Below, one piece after another: positions 23,951 through 38,619 of a DNA stretch of 64,000 nt. Every line of letters starts with the position of its first letter. Position 1 is the stretch's first letter. The DNA lies in NCBI GenBank assembly GCA_964016885.1, contig OZ024746.1:43710001-43774000 (forward strand), written 5' to 3'. The notes beneath the pieces are model-generated. The model was not told the DNA's origin, made no database searches, and saw nothing but the letters and a program-made list of their open reading frames with translations. The position numbers and the translations under genes are program-made. The DNA comes from Eledone cirrhosa. Its lineage: Eukaryota.

Positions 23951-24805
23951 TGGTATTCTCCAAAACAAAACCTGGAAACCATTCAATATTTGACTAGAAG
24001 AAATCATACTGATAAAAAAAAAAATTGCAAAACTGCATAAACTGTAAATCAATTGAGATTTTAAAAGTCATTGGTAATGACATTGTTATTATAATGTTAA
24101 TTTAAATGACATGCACGACATCGTATTTTTCATTACATAATACTCATACAAAACATGTACACCAAGGGTTGAGAGAAATGGCAGGTATTTCTAAAGAAAG
24201 CATATAATAAACCAGCAGGCAAAATGTTAACATTTTAACAGTCACAAAATTGTTGACATAAAGGACTTGAAGGAAAATACATGACATTTTACTTTATAAC
24301 ACTACAGTTACTAAATTAAGCAACCCTAATAATCTCTCAAATACAAAAAATGATGTATCCTATTGCGTCGTTGTTTAGTCCATAAATGTATGACATCCTT
24401 CAAGTTGATAATGTAATAAATGCCTATAATTAAATTTATCAATTTACAAGTGTATATGCTAAAGTTAAAACAAAAATGTCTAATTCAACATGGGGATAGA
24501 TTACCTCAATTTATCAGCAAAATATAATATTTAACACACAAAAGAAAATAAAAGTATATATGAACTCATATACAACGTTCATGTATAATAAACATAGCAT
24601 TTAATCTTGGTGTGAGTATTTTAAACTGCAATAATGTCACAGCTATCTCAACCCCAGATCAAGAGTGGGATATACATTTATTTCACTGTCATTAATGATC
24701 ATGGGGATTTAATTATGCTCAGGTATAAAAGGCAATATCTCATAGATTTTTGTGAACAAACTATTCTCATGGAAAGCATATGTACATATAATGCTAGCTT
24801 GACTA

Positions 24806-25435
24806 TCATCATCATCATCATTTTACGTCCGCTTTTCCCTGCTTGCAAAAGTGGGACGGGTCCTATTCAGCACAGCATCTCTCCACTCGTCACGGTCCTT
24901 CGTCATCTCCACCATGAGCTTCAGCGATCTGAGGTCTGCTCTCACCACCTCCGCCCATGTTTTTTGTGGTCTTCTGCTACTACGTCTACCTTCAACTGGC
25001 ATTTCTTGGCACTTCTTCACCCATCGGTCATCCTCCATGCGCATCACATACCATCACAGTCTCCTCTCTCGCACACTACAATTTATCCCTCTCAAACACA
25101 GTTTCTCTCTCAACACATCCATGCTCGGTCATTCACGCACATTGACATTGCACTTCCAACGGAGCATGCTTGCCTCATTTCTCTCCAGCCATCGCTTATC
25201 CTCTGCAGTTGCTGCCCATATCTCGCTACCATGCAGCATCGCGCACCTCACACAGGCATCATATAACCGGCCTTTCGTACACAGGGAGAAACCCTCTCTT
25301 CATCAGCAGAGGAAACAGCTCCCTAAACTTCTTCCAACCTGTCATTCTAGATACTATGGCCTCGGAATACCCCCTCCCATGCTAATCTGATCACCTAGGT
25401 ACCAGAAGCTATCAACCACTTCTATAGAACCCACT
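24806..25435 (-). mobile_element. RTE 3' fragment (short-UTR subfamily) with (GAT)n tail
   Basis: GSIEVVDSFWYLGDQI..RMEDDRWVKKC..RRPQKTWAEVV..RDEWRDAV, ending GGACGTAAAA(TGA)n. Confidence 0.93.
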
Positions 25436-26336
25436 TGCATTGAGTTAGTATGAATTAGCAATAGCACTATCCATGCATGATTCAGAATATAGGCATATAC
25501 AAACACATATAGAATATACTTATGTATAATAAACATACATCTAGTCTTGTTCAAGAAAATATGACATGATCACAGCTTACTGTGAGATTATATACATATG
25601 TCTTATGAATATTGTAGATGGGTTTTTATACACCTTTATTCTGATTCATGCTGTTTTACTGCTATCAACTAATATAATGATGTATATTCCCAGTGAAAAT
25701 TTCATTTTGTTATATAAATGATATTGGATTCCATTCTAAATTTAGTTTACATGAGAAAAATTGTACAATAATTATTGATTCAATAATAAATATTTTTCTA
25801 TCTTGAAAAAGTGAAATAATAACAAAATCTACAATGTACATTTTGTTTTAAGATACTGAGTTACTTGATATTTATTTAAAAACAAAAAACACATTCAAAC
25901 AATATAAGCTGTAAAATTTTGTGCAAGAAGTATTTTAGAAGTTGTAAATCTTGTTAAGACTATTCCCCAAATGATTAACAATCTTGAACTTTTTCTACTC
26001 TAGGGTATAAATATTCAGATGAAAATTTTCTGCTTCACACTTTGATGACAGTCAGAAAGAAACAATAGAAATACAAACAATTACTATAGAAAATGTTTTT
26101 CTTCAATATGTGTAGCTGCACTGCTAGTTACCTCTTAAAATGTAAAGATAAAAATGTTGTTAAACTGAGGTTGAGACATCAAAGATAGATTTAAATACTA
26201 TTGTCCTAAGAGATATTTATCTCAAATATCAATATATGTTTATTGATTTCATAAGCCAGGTTTGAGAAGCTTCCAGCAAAATATATTTGCATAAAAAGAT
26301 GATATATCATCTTTATTCTGCATCCATTTTCCCATG

Positions 26337-26338
<2 letters not shown>

Positions 26339-26382
<44 letters not shown>

Positions 26383-26582
26383 ATATAATATATATATATA
26401 TAATATATATATATATAATATATATATATATAATATATATATATATAATATATATATAATATATATATATATAATATATATATATATAATATATATATAT
26501 ATAATATATATATATATAATATATATATATATAATATATATATATATAATATATATATATATAATATATATATATATAATAT

Positions 26583-26648
<66 letters not shown>

Positions 26649-26688
26649 TATATAATATATATATATATAATATATATATATATAATAT

Positions 26689-26722
<34 letters not shown>

Positions 26723-26726
26723 ATAT

Positions 26727-26815
<89 letters not shown>
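26339..26815. repeat. Pure A/T microsatellite, (TA)n with periodic AA
   Basis: About 480 bp with no G or C. Confidence 0.98.
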
Positions 26816-26821
<6 letters not shown>

Positions 26822-27019
26822 TCATTTAATGGCTACATGGTGAACCTTGTTACTCTAGAGCTTCACCTATGCACTTGCAGGATCATCATATAACATCATG
26901 GAAGACACATTTGAGCCATCTAAGAAAACAAAAAGCTGTTATATTCACTCTTTTATTTCTTAGTAGTATAGTTTATCTTGATTATTGCAAAACGCTTTGT
27001 CAAATTTCTACAGACTTAA

Positions 27020-27310
27020 CATCACCATTTAATGTTCGTGTTTTCTGCCAGCAAAGATTGGATAGGCCTTCATTAAAGCAGGGCTACTAAGCTCCCAAGC
27101 AGGCCTGGGGTTCACATCTTGCTTACATGCATTTTATTGTAGCACCAGCACTAAACACATTGTCGTGTCTCTGAAAAAAATCTTTTGTTTAGCAAGCTTT
27201 CTACAGCCGAATCCCCTTGCTATCATTCAATCACTAGACTGCATTACCTGGGTGCATTTATTGTGTAGATTGCTAACAATAAGGAGGTTATCATGTCCTT
27301 GACACCACTG
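27020..27310 (-). repeat. Decayed RTE-tail repeat
   Basis: CATTTAATGTTCGTGTTTTCTGCCAGC, TTTCTACAGCCGAATCCCCTT, CTGGGTGCATTTTATTGT. Confidence 0.55.
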
Positions 27311-27638
27311 AAGGGTCTTCCTAACTTATCACTGACAAAATTCTCATCTATTTCAGTGACCAGGTCATAGAAATGTGACAAAACATTTTGATGCTTCATA
27401 ATAAGATACATACTTAAGTAAAAATAAATATAGCAGTTTTAGTGTATACATAAATGGCTAAAATTACACTATCATGATTAAATCTCACATCAAGACACAT
27501 GCAAACAACTTCCTCTGTACTCTGTATATGTGTGTGTGTGCATGCTTTTCTATTGTTAAGATATAAATTCATTAAAAGAAAAACAACACAAATTTGCTAG
27601 TAGAGTAAAAAATACTGTATATATATATATATATTTGT

Positions 27639-28417
27639 ATAACTATGTTGCTTGTGTTTATTTCCATCTTCGGTTAGCTTCTCCCTGTGTTGTTTACTTG
27701 TCTCACTCGCTTTACGCGTTTCTATTGTCCTAATAACTTATTTTAGTTATTATCGCTCCAACGTGAGGTATATGATTTTTAATGCGATGAAATACCCATG
27801 ATCGTTTGGTAAATCACTGATGAGGGACTCATTTTATAACATGTTATCCATGTGCAACCAGCAGTATTCTTCTCACCCATATTTACATATATTTACCCAA
27901 ACTGCAATTCTGTGTTTCTCTCTTTTTCTCTTACTGCTCCATCGTTCTCTCTGTTTCTCTTACTTTCTTTCGTCCCCTCTGCCATGTCAGTTAACTCTTT
28001 CTCTCTACTGACCTCTTCCTTGCACTCCCACTCACTCAGTCCCTGTTTCTCCCCTTCTTTCTTCCTCCCGTTCGCTGGGAAAACGGTTTTCATTCTTTCT
28101 AACACCGGATTCACTAGCGAAAGGTCTGTTTTCTGACTCGCTCATACATTCACACAGCTTATGCTGAAAGAATAACTATGTTGCTTGTGTTTATTTCCAT
28201 CTTCGGTTAGCTTCCCCCTGTGTTGTTTACTTGTCTCACTCGCTTTACGCGTTTCTATTGTCCTAATAACTTATTTTAGTTATTATCGCTCCAACGTGAG
28301 GTATATGATTTTTAATGCGATGAAATACCCATGATCGTTTGGTAAATCACTGATGAGGGACTCATTTTATAACATGTTATCCATGTGCAACCAGCAGTAT
28401 TCTTCTCACCCATATTT
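27639..28417. mobile_element. Non-coding element with 246-bp terminal direct repeats (27639-27884, 28172-28417)
   Basis: Period 533 bp with only one mismatch noticed. TATATATTTGTATA on both flanks. CTGATGA at 27817 and 28350. Confidence 0.8.
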
Positions 28418-28534
28418 TCATATATATTTGTATATATATATATATATAGTAATAATAATAAATGTGAAGACTAAAATTCGAAGAGGGATCAATAAGGATA
28501 ATATATATATAACATATATAAAGCCATAGAGCAA

Positions 28535-28660
28535 ATATTTATTAAAATAACAGATTAATATTTAAGCAAAGAATTGTTGCTTTCACCGTTAACGGGATCC
28601 TGTTAAGGATGAAAGCAGCGATTCTTTGCTTAAACTTTAATCTGTTATTTTAATAAATAT
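28535..28660. repeat. 126-bp imperfect palindrome centred on GGATCC
   Basis: The arm ATATTTATTAAAATAACAGATTAA..TTTAAGCAAAGAAT..TGCTTTCA and its reverse complement, with no spacer. Confidence 0.92.
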
Positions 28661-30453
28661 ATATACATATATATACATACAATTTTTTACTCTACTAGTA
28701 AATTTGTGTTTATTTTTGTGTGTGTGGCTGTGTGAGTCTGAAAACAAATAACTCAAAGAAGCCTGTGGAGTGAACTTGGAAAAGAAAGTTAATAGTAAAT
28801 GCCATATACGTAAATTACTAATTCATTAAAATTTCTTTTACTGACAGAGCAAGTAAACAAAACTTTAGTGAAGATTCCAAGACATTAAGAATAAATTCAC
28901 AATGAATTAGCATCCTTGGTGAAAAAGGCAATCTGGATACTATATCACAGGCAACAGACAACTGTGAATAGATGTTTCTCTCTTGATAGGTATTATGAGG
29001 ACAGTTTTGTCTTTGTCACGATCGAACAAATAGAGACATTTTGACATATACAATAAAGATTACGAATATCAAGAGTTAGTTGCACAATTAAGACAATTTT
29101 TTTAAAATTAACTCAAAGATGTTAGAAGCTTAAATTTGAATACCAAGTATGACAAGGGTGTACTATATTATCATGACTCCTTAAAAAATATAGTATATAT
29201 TGAATTTAAATGGAACGTTGGATAGATAGTTACAAAGAGAAGGAAAAAAATCTATTTCCTTTCCTGGATATCCAATGCTTTATTCTATATTCTGATTATT
29301 AAACTATAAAGTTAGTGATAATGAAAGATAAATATTTCAATAATTGAACATACTGCAGATATATTTTTAATTATAACTAATTGCAAATTGAAAATAAGTT
29401 TTACTTATCTTTGATCGGGATATGTTTTATATAATACTAATTTAGAATATTCTCATCATGTCCAAAAGTATTTTTTCCAATATCTCTGGTTTAATTTTAG
29501 AAAAAATATCTTAATACTTGTTTACTTTCTGAGAAATGCATTAATTTTTATTCATAGCATTGAATTCATTTTTTATCTCACTTTTAAAATCTAGAACCAC
29601 TAACTTTTAATTGAACAAATGCAGCCTGAATGAAATGTCTAGTTTTGTAATCATGTCATCAAAGTAAAACACTAACAAATTTACACTAATTTACAATTTC
29701 AATATTTTTACAAAGTCATTAAGTAGAGATAAATATCCTGACTGGGAAGCTTTAGAATATCTAACTTATATCGTACTAACTGAGATCAAAAATAGCTAGA
29801 GAAAGATTTCTGCTTTTCACTACTCTGGGTTTGCACAAAGTAATATGACAAGTATTTATTTGGTTTTGTATCTAATTGAAAAAGGTCAATAATGTTATAA
29901 AATTAAATAGCCATAGAAATATTGTTTATATCTCAAAATGTTCAATTCTTTCACTAAAGCTGTATAAAATTATTTTTAATCTTCCTTGTTTCCATGTGAA
30001 CAAGAAAAAATAAATGTTAAATGAATGATGACTATGATTGCGATGATGAGGATAATGAATAATGTTTTCTATTTTCACAGCTCAAATTTACATCCATTCT
30101 TTTCAACATAATTTTCAAACCAACAAACCATAAATGCTTATAGAATTCTGGTATTACCTTGACTGAACATTAAAATCACATTTAAAATTATTGCCTATGG
30201 TTACAAAGATGTTTCACTTTATACAGAGAATGTAAGACCTACTCTCTTGGCTATTGTGAATGCCAGTTTTAACAGGTAGAAAATTCTGTCAAATAGATTA
30301 GTTTCTCGCTCGCTTGCTTCCACCCAACCTCCACTTCTCTCCTTAATTTCCTTCTTTTTTCATTCAGCCACAGCTAGTATAATATCAAATACAAGTTATA
30401 AATTAGATTCTTACTTTGATAAACACTGCTGATCAAGTTAAAAGTAGCACATA

Positions 30454-30500
<47 letters not shown>

Positions 30501-32198
30501 AAAATTGCTTCACAGTACATTAGAAGGAAAATTTTATTATCAGTTTTATTGTTTGTCGTATAGCATTTGAAAAATTAAACAACTATACATCAATGGCAGG
30601 AGAATTTCCTCAATACAGTAGAGAAAAAAATCTTGTTTCCTGTTGCACATTATCTTTTGTGTTAGTTCTTCTTTTAGTCTGAGAAACATTACTACCAGCT
30701 TGGGGGAGATGAACATTAAAGAATGTTCATCTTTAAAATCTTACTTTTTGCAGCTGTATTCAAATTCAGCTTACAAAACAAGATGCAGAAACTGTTAAAA
30801 TTTTCCTTTTATCTAGAAGACTAGAGATATGATTTAAAATTCTCAATTTTCAATTTTACCGTATTAAGAGTAATAGGTGACTATTTGTAAATTATTCTTT
30901 ATATGATATTTTTATATGATTTATATTGAGAGAACATTTCATATTCGATCAAGATTTGTTTTGTGATGGAGATTGTTAGAATTCAAACAATACTATTTAA
31001 AGTTATTATTATAAGGATTTTATCCCTGAGTGCAAAGTTCATTTAAATTGCAGAAGATATATAGTTCAACAATTCTTCTATCATCTATTACTGATATTTT
31101 ATTCATTTCAATGAAGTAATAATTCAATTAATATCATCATCATTTAGCATTCATTTTCCCAGCTAGCAAGGGTAGAATTGATCATCACAGACTGAGTCAG
31201 TACTGAAGCAAAGCTACTGAGCTCTCAGATGAGCTGAAATCCTGTATCAAGCTTATATACATTCTTGCAGATTGCAGATAACTTATATAGGCTAGGGTTT
31301 GCATCTCACATACATTCCTACATTATACTAAGTGTATTTTAGGGGGGGGGGGGTCTTATTTTTGATAACTGGAAAGTCCTTCTGATCCAATGTTTAGGAC
31401 ATTTTCGATGCCTCTGTTAAACATCTAACAATAAAAAGTAGAACTTTAGACTAATATATTATGATTGAGTTATTAGTTATAGTTAACTAACCTCATCGTC
31501 TATTGATGTGTTGTTTCCATACAAATAGAAAAAATACAATGTGTTTAATAGATTGGAAAATCCAAAGTTTCATCTTACTATTTTATCTCAACCCTAAGTA
31601 CATTCATAAGAAGATAATATTCTATTCAAGAATGAATAAATTTCTTTGAAGACTGATCAGTTCTGAATGAGAAAAACTTTTCTGGTGTAAGGAAACATCT
31701 TGATAATGCAATGTTTAATAGAAAATATATAGATTTGGTAGGTACCAACTGATATATTGTTTACTTTTTATCACAATACAAATTCACAGATAAAATTATT
31801 AGTGGGGCATTTGTTGAAGTATATATGACTTATAAGTTTTATACTGATCAGGAAAATAGAAACAGTTCACTACCATCACATTGGTAGTAATCTATATAGA
31901 ACAAGAATAAATATATATTTGTTATCTAGATTGCATAATCAAAAGTTTTGAAGCAGTATTTCATTAAGACTGACAGTGAATAGGCACTTCTTGTGACAGT
32001 ATAGTTGGGACTAAATGTTGTACTGGCTGCACTGTTATTATATTATATAGTGAATAATTTGTAGATTGCAGTATTACCAGTTAATAGATAGTAATGTATT
32101 TCTATTGACTGTCTTTATAATCACAATGATTAATTGCTTCTGTAAGTTATTTGAAATACATCATTTGTATATAAATTTACACAAGTAATTAATCAAAA

Positions 32199-32249
<51 letters not shown>

Positions 32250-32391
32250 CGGAGGTGGTGAGAGCAGACATCAGATCGCTGAAACTCACCGAGGAGATAA
32301 TGAAGGACCGTGACAAGTGGAGAGATGCTGTGCTGAATAGGACCCATCCAACCCTTGCAAGCAGGGAAAAGCGGATGTATGATGATGATGA
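32250..32391 (+). mobile_element. Very short RTE 3' end inserted in (TA)n
   Basis: Homologous to the reverse complement of 24806-24953; (GAT)n tail. Confidence 0.9.
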
Positions 32392-32687
32392 TATATATAT
32401 ATAGAGAGAGAGAGAGTGAGAGATTGACCAATTTGGATTTTGAAATTAATTGGAATTATTATTCATGTCTATATGTTTCTGAGATTTGGCTAAAACTAAT
32501 TGGAATAATTAACAGAAGATATTTTTAGTAACCCTGATAATTAATTACAGACAGTGCTAGATGTCTGGTTAACTTCATAATATAGAACAAGAACCTACCT
32601 AGAAAGTAAATAAGGAGGAGGAGGATAAATGAAATACAATATAATGACAGTAAAAATATAGATAATATATGAAACATCAATGTAAAT

Positions 32688-32971
32688 CAGAGGTTCTCAG
32701 ACCTTTGCACATGGCCCCAACCCTATTTCCAGAGAGACCTGCCAATACCCAAAATGTAAATGATATATAATAAATGAAATCGTTAATTTATATATAATAA
32801 TATATATAGTATGTGTATATAAATATTATATATTTTTTATTTTACTATATTTATATATAATATGTATCATTTGATATTTAATATACTATTATATCTTTCT
32901 ACACCCAACCATTCCCTTAGGCTAATATATTTGTGGTGCTCAGGAATTATCCCAATATTTGATGAACCATG
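32688..32971. mobile_element. Possible decayed hAT-type MITE
   Basis: CAGAGGTTCTCA at the left and TGATGAACCATG at the right resemble CAGGGGTTCTCAA/TTGAGAACCACTG termini. Confidence 0.4.
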
Positions 32972-34552
32972 AAGGAAAGTAAAGTCAAATAAATATAAAA
33001 AGAGGAGATGGGTGTAAATGACTTCATTTTTATCATTTATTGTGGAAGATTTAGTTGCTATTTCTAAAAAGTACAGTGATTACAGAAATCACAATAAAAG
33101 TGAGCCTGATACAAATGCTTACAATGGAGCCAAAGATCTGATATTAATCCAGCCAACACTTCACCATCCACAGCTGCAAAAAGATAAAACAAAACAGAGC
33201 CTCTGTTTATGTCATTTCTACACTAGATAATACAGAATTAGGTATATGAGAGCTGGACCAACAACACCACATCAACATGAGACAATAAAAGAGCTTCTAT
33301 GTATTTGTTAAAATTGTGAGAAGTAGCAACCACATATCCCTTCTCTCAAATCACACACACCCTACTATTTTTTAAACAAAGGACACATTGGATAGATAAA
33401 TTGGTCCCTATAATAAAAGTAGTTACTCCTGAAATACCTTTCATTATAGCTATGCTCAATCTGGGTCTAAACCACAACTCATCAGCAAGTAGTGGACAGA
33501 GAGAGAGACTAACAGAATGAAAACAAGGAGAGATACTAACAGAAGGAGGAAAACAGAAAGAGAATTAGCAAACTAAGTTAAAGGAGTGGAGGGAGGAGTT
33601 GGGGATGTATCTCCATGAAGTCGAAATAGGGAATGAGATATGCAGATGTAATTTTCTATTACCTTTGTCATTGATAACAAGATAATTGCTGAAGTAATCT
33701 CTAAATAAATTAAATAATTATGGCATGATTGGAGTTATTTTTTACAAGGAAAGCAAAGAACTATGTGTTGGGGAATATATGTTTTTGGTGATATCAACAC
33801 GTATATTTATATATTCTTAAATACTGTGTGTATATATATATTTTTTATAACACAGGAGAGGATGCACTTTGCTAGAGGCAACATTATAAGGAAGGATGTG
33901 TAAAAGCAAGGCAATGAAAGGTCTCTACAACTGCAGATATGCAAACAACCATAACATAACATAAAGAGGTTTGTGTCTAGAAAAATTCATTTGGTAAAAC
34001 ATATATGTTCTCTAGTCATTGTTTCACAAGCAGATCAAAATCAGTTATAAAATCAACTAGTAGGACTGCTTCTTAAAAAATAAATCAAATCTAGCATCAA
34101 CAAAAACATTTCATTCAGTTTTATGTCTTCAGTAGTATTGTTTCATCAAACAGTAGAGACCAAAAGTTTGTATCTTTGTAAGCAAAATTTGAATCTTTAT
34201 ACACACATTTTGTGTGAAAATGTGTCAAAAGAGTTGTTGGAATGTAAGGGTTGCTTAATGATGCACTGATGAGCAACCAGCTTTAGGGTTGTGAGAGGAT
34301 CATAGATAGATGAGGACACCTGAACATCGTGAATGCGTTTATGAGAATATTATAAAAACTAGGTAACAATGAGGATTTCACATTCTGATTAATATTAGAT
34401 TACTCTCAGTGAATAATTACCCCACTTGTGTGTTTCATATGAGAATAGTTACCACATAAATTGTTCCTATTTATTTTTAATTTTTACCTTAACATCTTTC
34501 CTAAAAGAATAATTCTGGAGATATTTTTACTAATTCAGCAACACATAGTTAT

Positions 34553-35030
34553 GTGAGGTCAGCTCTCACCACATCCGCCCATGTTTTTCATGGTCTTCCT
34601 CTATTGCGTCTTCCTTCCACCAGGATTTCTTGGCACTTCTTCATCCAGCTGTCTTCCATGCACATCACATGGCCATACCAATGCAGTCTTCTCTCCCGCA
34701 CACTACATTTTATCCTTCTTTTACACAGTTTCATACTCAAGTCGTCTATGTTTGGTTGTTTATGCACATTGACATTGTGCATTCACCAGAGCCTGCTTGC
34801 TTCATTTCTCTCCAGCCATCGCATATCCACCGCAGTTGCTGCCCATGTCTCACTACCATACAGCATTGCACATCTCACACAGGCATCATATAATATACCT
34901 TTCATTCATAGGGAGAAACCCTTCGTTGACAACAGAGGGAGCAGTTCCTTAAACTTCTTCCATCCTGTCCTTATTCTAGATACTATGGTCTCGCTTGCTA
35001 ATCTGATTACTTAGGTATCAGATGCTATCG
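34553..35030 (-). mobile_element. RTE fragment (thumb/C-terminal region)
   Basis: VRERRLHWYGHVMCMEDSWMKKC..GRRNRGRP; collinear with 24.93-25.41 kb. Confidence 0.92.
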
Positions 35031-38000
35031 ACCATTTTGAGGAAGAAGTGATGGAAATGAATGTGGTAGGGAGTAGAATAGAAAGATCAAATACAATATG
35101 ACTAAAGAAGAAAAAATGACAGATAGGTCAAAATTGGAAAAGTCTGTCTTGGAGCCCCAATGGTTAATTTCTGTTTTAGCAGGGGGAATGGCCTTCAAAT
35201 GCTTCTTGCATAAAACTAGTTTCAAACAAATGAAACTATTGAATGCAAGGGTAACTACTACATTTTAGTACATACACACAAATGTCAAGATTTATATCTA
35301 AACAGGATATATCTATGACATCAAATGAAACCATTGAATCTAGAGATAAGTACTATTTTGTATTTATGTATAAAGAAGATTTCTCTCTATCACACTGAAT
35401 TCCATTAAGTCGCAGATAAGTACTTCTCTTTCTGATCTCCTTGGGCCATTGAAAGTTTTAATCTAGGCCTACTGAGGTATTCAATATTAAGAGCTCTTTT
35501 TACAGAAGCAATGCTGTAGTAATTGCATGCAATAAAAGAGTGTAGATCAGAATTAGCGTTGCAGTAAGTATATGTAGTAAGGTCACTTATAAGAGGAGGA
35601 AAATGTAGTAAGGTCACAAAATAGAGGAGGAATTTGTCACTCACTTCCTTTAAAAAAAAAGGATTAAAATATTAACCAGGATGTAAACTAAAAGTTGATA
35701 AAAAAAAAACGAGTTTAAAATGTTATGATTGTGTAATTATTTCATAATAATAGCAGTCTAATTAGATGTAGAGCAGGTAGATTTAGGCTGGTTACAAAGA
35801 TACTCTAAATGGAGAGGTATGTTAGGAAAAATTAATTTCAAATGAAATATTTGCTTATTTTGCATAAGATCAAAGTAGCATTGACAATAAGCATGAAAGC
35901 AATTCTATAATAAATTTAAATTTAGATTATAGAAATATCATATCAAGGAAAGAAATTTTTAAACATATTTATTTATTTATTTATTTTCTATACATATGAA
36001 ACACAGGATTAATCAAAGATAAAATGGATGTTTAAAAAATTGTGAAACAGTTTAAACATATAATGTCAATAGCAGCTCTGTTTATTTCTAAAGCACATAA
36101 AACTCATTAAAAAGATAATATACATGATGATCTCAATGTAATTATTAATATATTTTGTTTATTTAAGATTATTTCAAGAGTAGATTTGTTTGGGAAATTA
36201 AATGGAAATCCAATAACAAAATGATACACTACTAGATTAAAGTCATAATTATATTTTAATTATATATATTTATTGAGAAGTTTCAAAATATATATGACAA
36301 TTAACGAATCTCAAATAAATTTCAAAATCATTACTTACTTTATTTTTTAATAAACAATAAGATATATAGATAAAAATGTTAAACATATTCTAAACAAAGA
36401 CAAAAGTAAAGAAAATAAGTATGAAATTTAGAAACGTTATTAGATTAAAGAAGTTTACATCATATTAAAATTGCCAATCTTTACAGATAGAAACTCAACT
36501 AAAAGATGAAATTATATAAAAGCACCTCTTACAAAAGATCAGATTCAAAATTAGAGTAGACACAATTGTTTTCTTATGGATTCTAAAGAGATAAAACCTA
36601 TATGTAGATGTGTATTCTAGCACTAGACTTTATTAAATCTTCTTATGAAAGAAATTTGTAATTTAAGTTATATGACTATTAATTTTTTTGCCAAGCTAGA
36701 CTTAAGTATTTGAGAAATACTGAAATGTAAGAAGTAGCTATATTAAATTTTAGGTGAGATGATTAGAACCAAGAAGAAGTTGAAAACTATATCTTCAAAA
36801 CGGTTTACTATTAAGAAGCATTATGCAATAATAGAGCATATATGTTTGGAAAATTGGCACTTATTTGTATTGCGTCTACAATTGTATAGAATAACTTTTG
36901 TAAGAGTGTATGGTATTCAAAACTATTATTTTTGCTATGATATTGTATTTAATTTACAAATGCATACATTTTTTGTGGCTTAGTTGCTGTTGTTGTTAAT
37001 CTCTCAGGATGTTATTTAAGCCATTTCATATTATCCAAATTACTAATATGTTTTACAGAAAAGGAGAGAAAATAATCATAACTTTCTATTCCCTTGATTC
37101 ACAAATCTCTGGTTTCTCTTTCCTTTGTGGTGTTTAAATTGTATTTTTTTTATTCATATTGTTACAAATCAATGTATTCATGGATTTAAATCTCTATAGC
37201 TATCCTAACAAATAACTTTTACTGAGAAGCATGTGAACTACTGAAGCATATATATATATGCTACTTATCACCAGAAAATAACACTCCAACTGGGAACCAA
37301 GCCTGTTGATGGATCCACAATTGATTAATACGATGAACCATTTGATAAAACCCTATAACTATATTGTATTATCAAAGCTCTAAGGATAAGAAATGGAAAC
37401 AGTTACATATACCAAAATAATAAAAAATAGATGAATAATCATGCAGAGAAAATATTAAATGGGTATAAGATTTGGATAATGGGTTTACTCAGATATAATA
37501 GAAGAATGAAGTAGATTTTCCTCAAATAAGATGATGGCTACGATTACAAAATCAATATATCAGAGTAAATAAGAACATTATTAAGGGAAAACTATGCCCA
37601 TTAGGATATGAATGCATGCAGCGAAGTACAAAAGAAAAAGGCACAGAAATCTTTAAATGAAGGCTTCCTAAAAGGAAACTCAATAAACAGTGAATGTTCA
37701 ACGAGCATATTATCAGAAATTAATAAGCAATTATTATGCAGGATCATTAAGAAAATCAAGCCAAGGAAAATTTAGCAGCTCCTTAGATTTCTAAAATTAG
37801 TGTATTAATGACAGTGATAATCATCTGCTTCAAAAGAAAGTCAATTATTATAATATTTGTTATCTTTATAACTGTGTGCTGTTTTATTTAAGATTTATGC
37901 CAAACCAAAAAGAGTTTTATGCAACTATAATCTATTAAAAAATTGAAATATTTAGTATAATCACTCAAATTGATAAAAACGATTTTGTTTGTAAGTACCC

Positions 38001-38619
38001 CTTACTTTTGTTTGGGAACAATGAAACAAATATACTTAAGTATGGTTTGCACAAATTTGAACATGATAACTATTTAAAGATAAATTTTGATAAAATATGA
38101 TAAATAGTGATGACTGAAAAATTGAGTAACATTTCTTGTATGCACCACTGGAGAAAATGTTCTAGAAAATGTTCTAGAAACACATGAGTATATATGAAAA
38201 AAATATGTCTACATCACTCCTTAAAATGCTGGTAACTATGACAATTTATTTCGAAGTAAAAAAAAGATAAAAGTTTTAGTTTCACATATGAATGTTATCA
38301 TTAAAATAAGAATGCCTGATGAATGTTTTCTTCATTGAACTTATAAAACTTCATCAAAACATGAAGCTTAGAATGACTAATTGATTCAATAAATAAAATA
38401 GCTTCAAGTTAGAAACAAAAATATCAACACAAAATAGATTTGATTCATAGATTTGAATCAGCCAGATGTAGTAAAGCTTTAAATATAGATTAATTCTGAA
38501 ATTAAATGTTTTTTATAATAACGATAAAAAGCTGTTTTCAACTCTAGAATATGTCTAAGGAATTAATGAACAAATTAATATTGTTTTACTTAAAATACAA
38601 TAAAATCTCTCAAACTTCA

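Noticed and set aside
34266-34310. CTGATGA-GCAACC..GGTTGT-GAGA hammerhead-like string
   Set aside because: Stem II pairs, but GAAA is GAGA and stems I and III cannot be formed.
38317-38372. CTGATGA-ATGTTTT..AAAACAT-GAAG
   Set aside because: No stem I or III; compatible with chance in AT-rich DNA.
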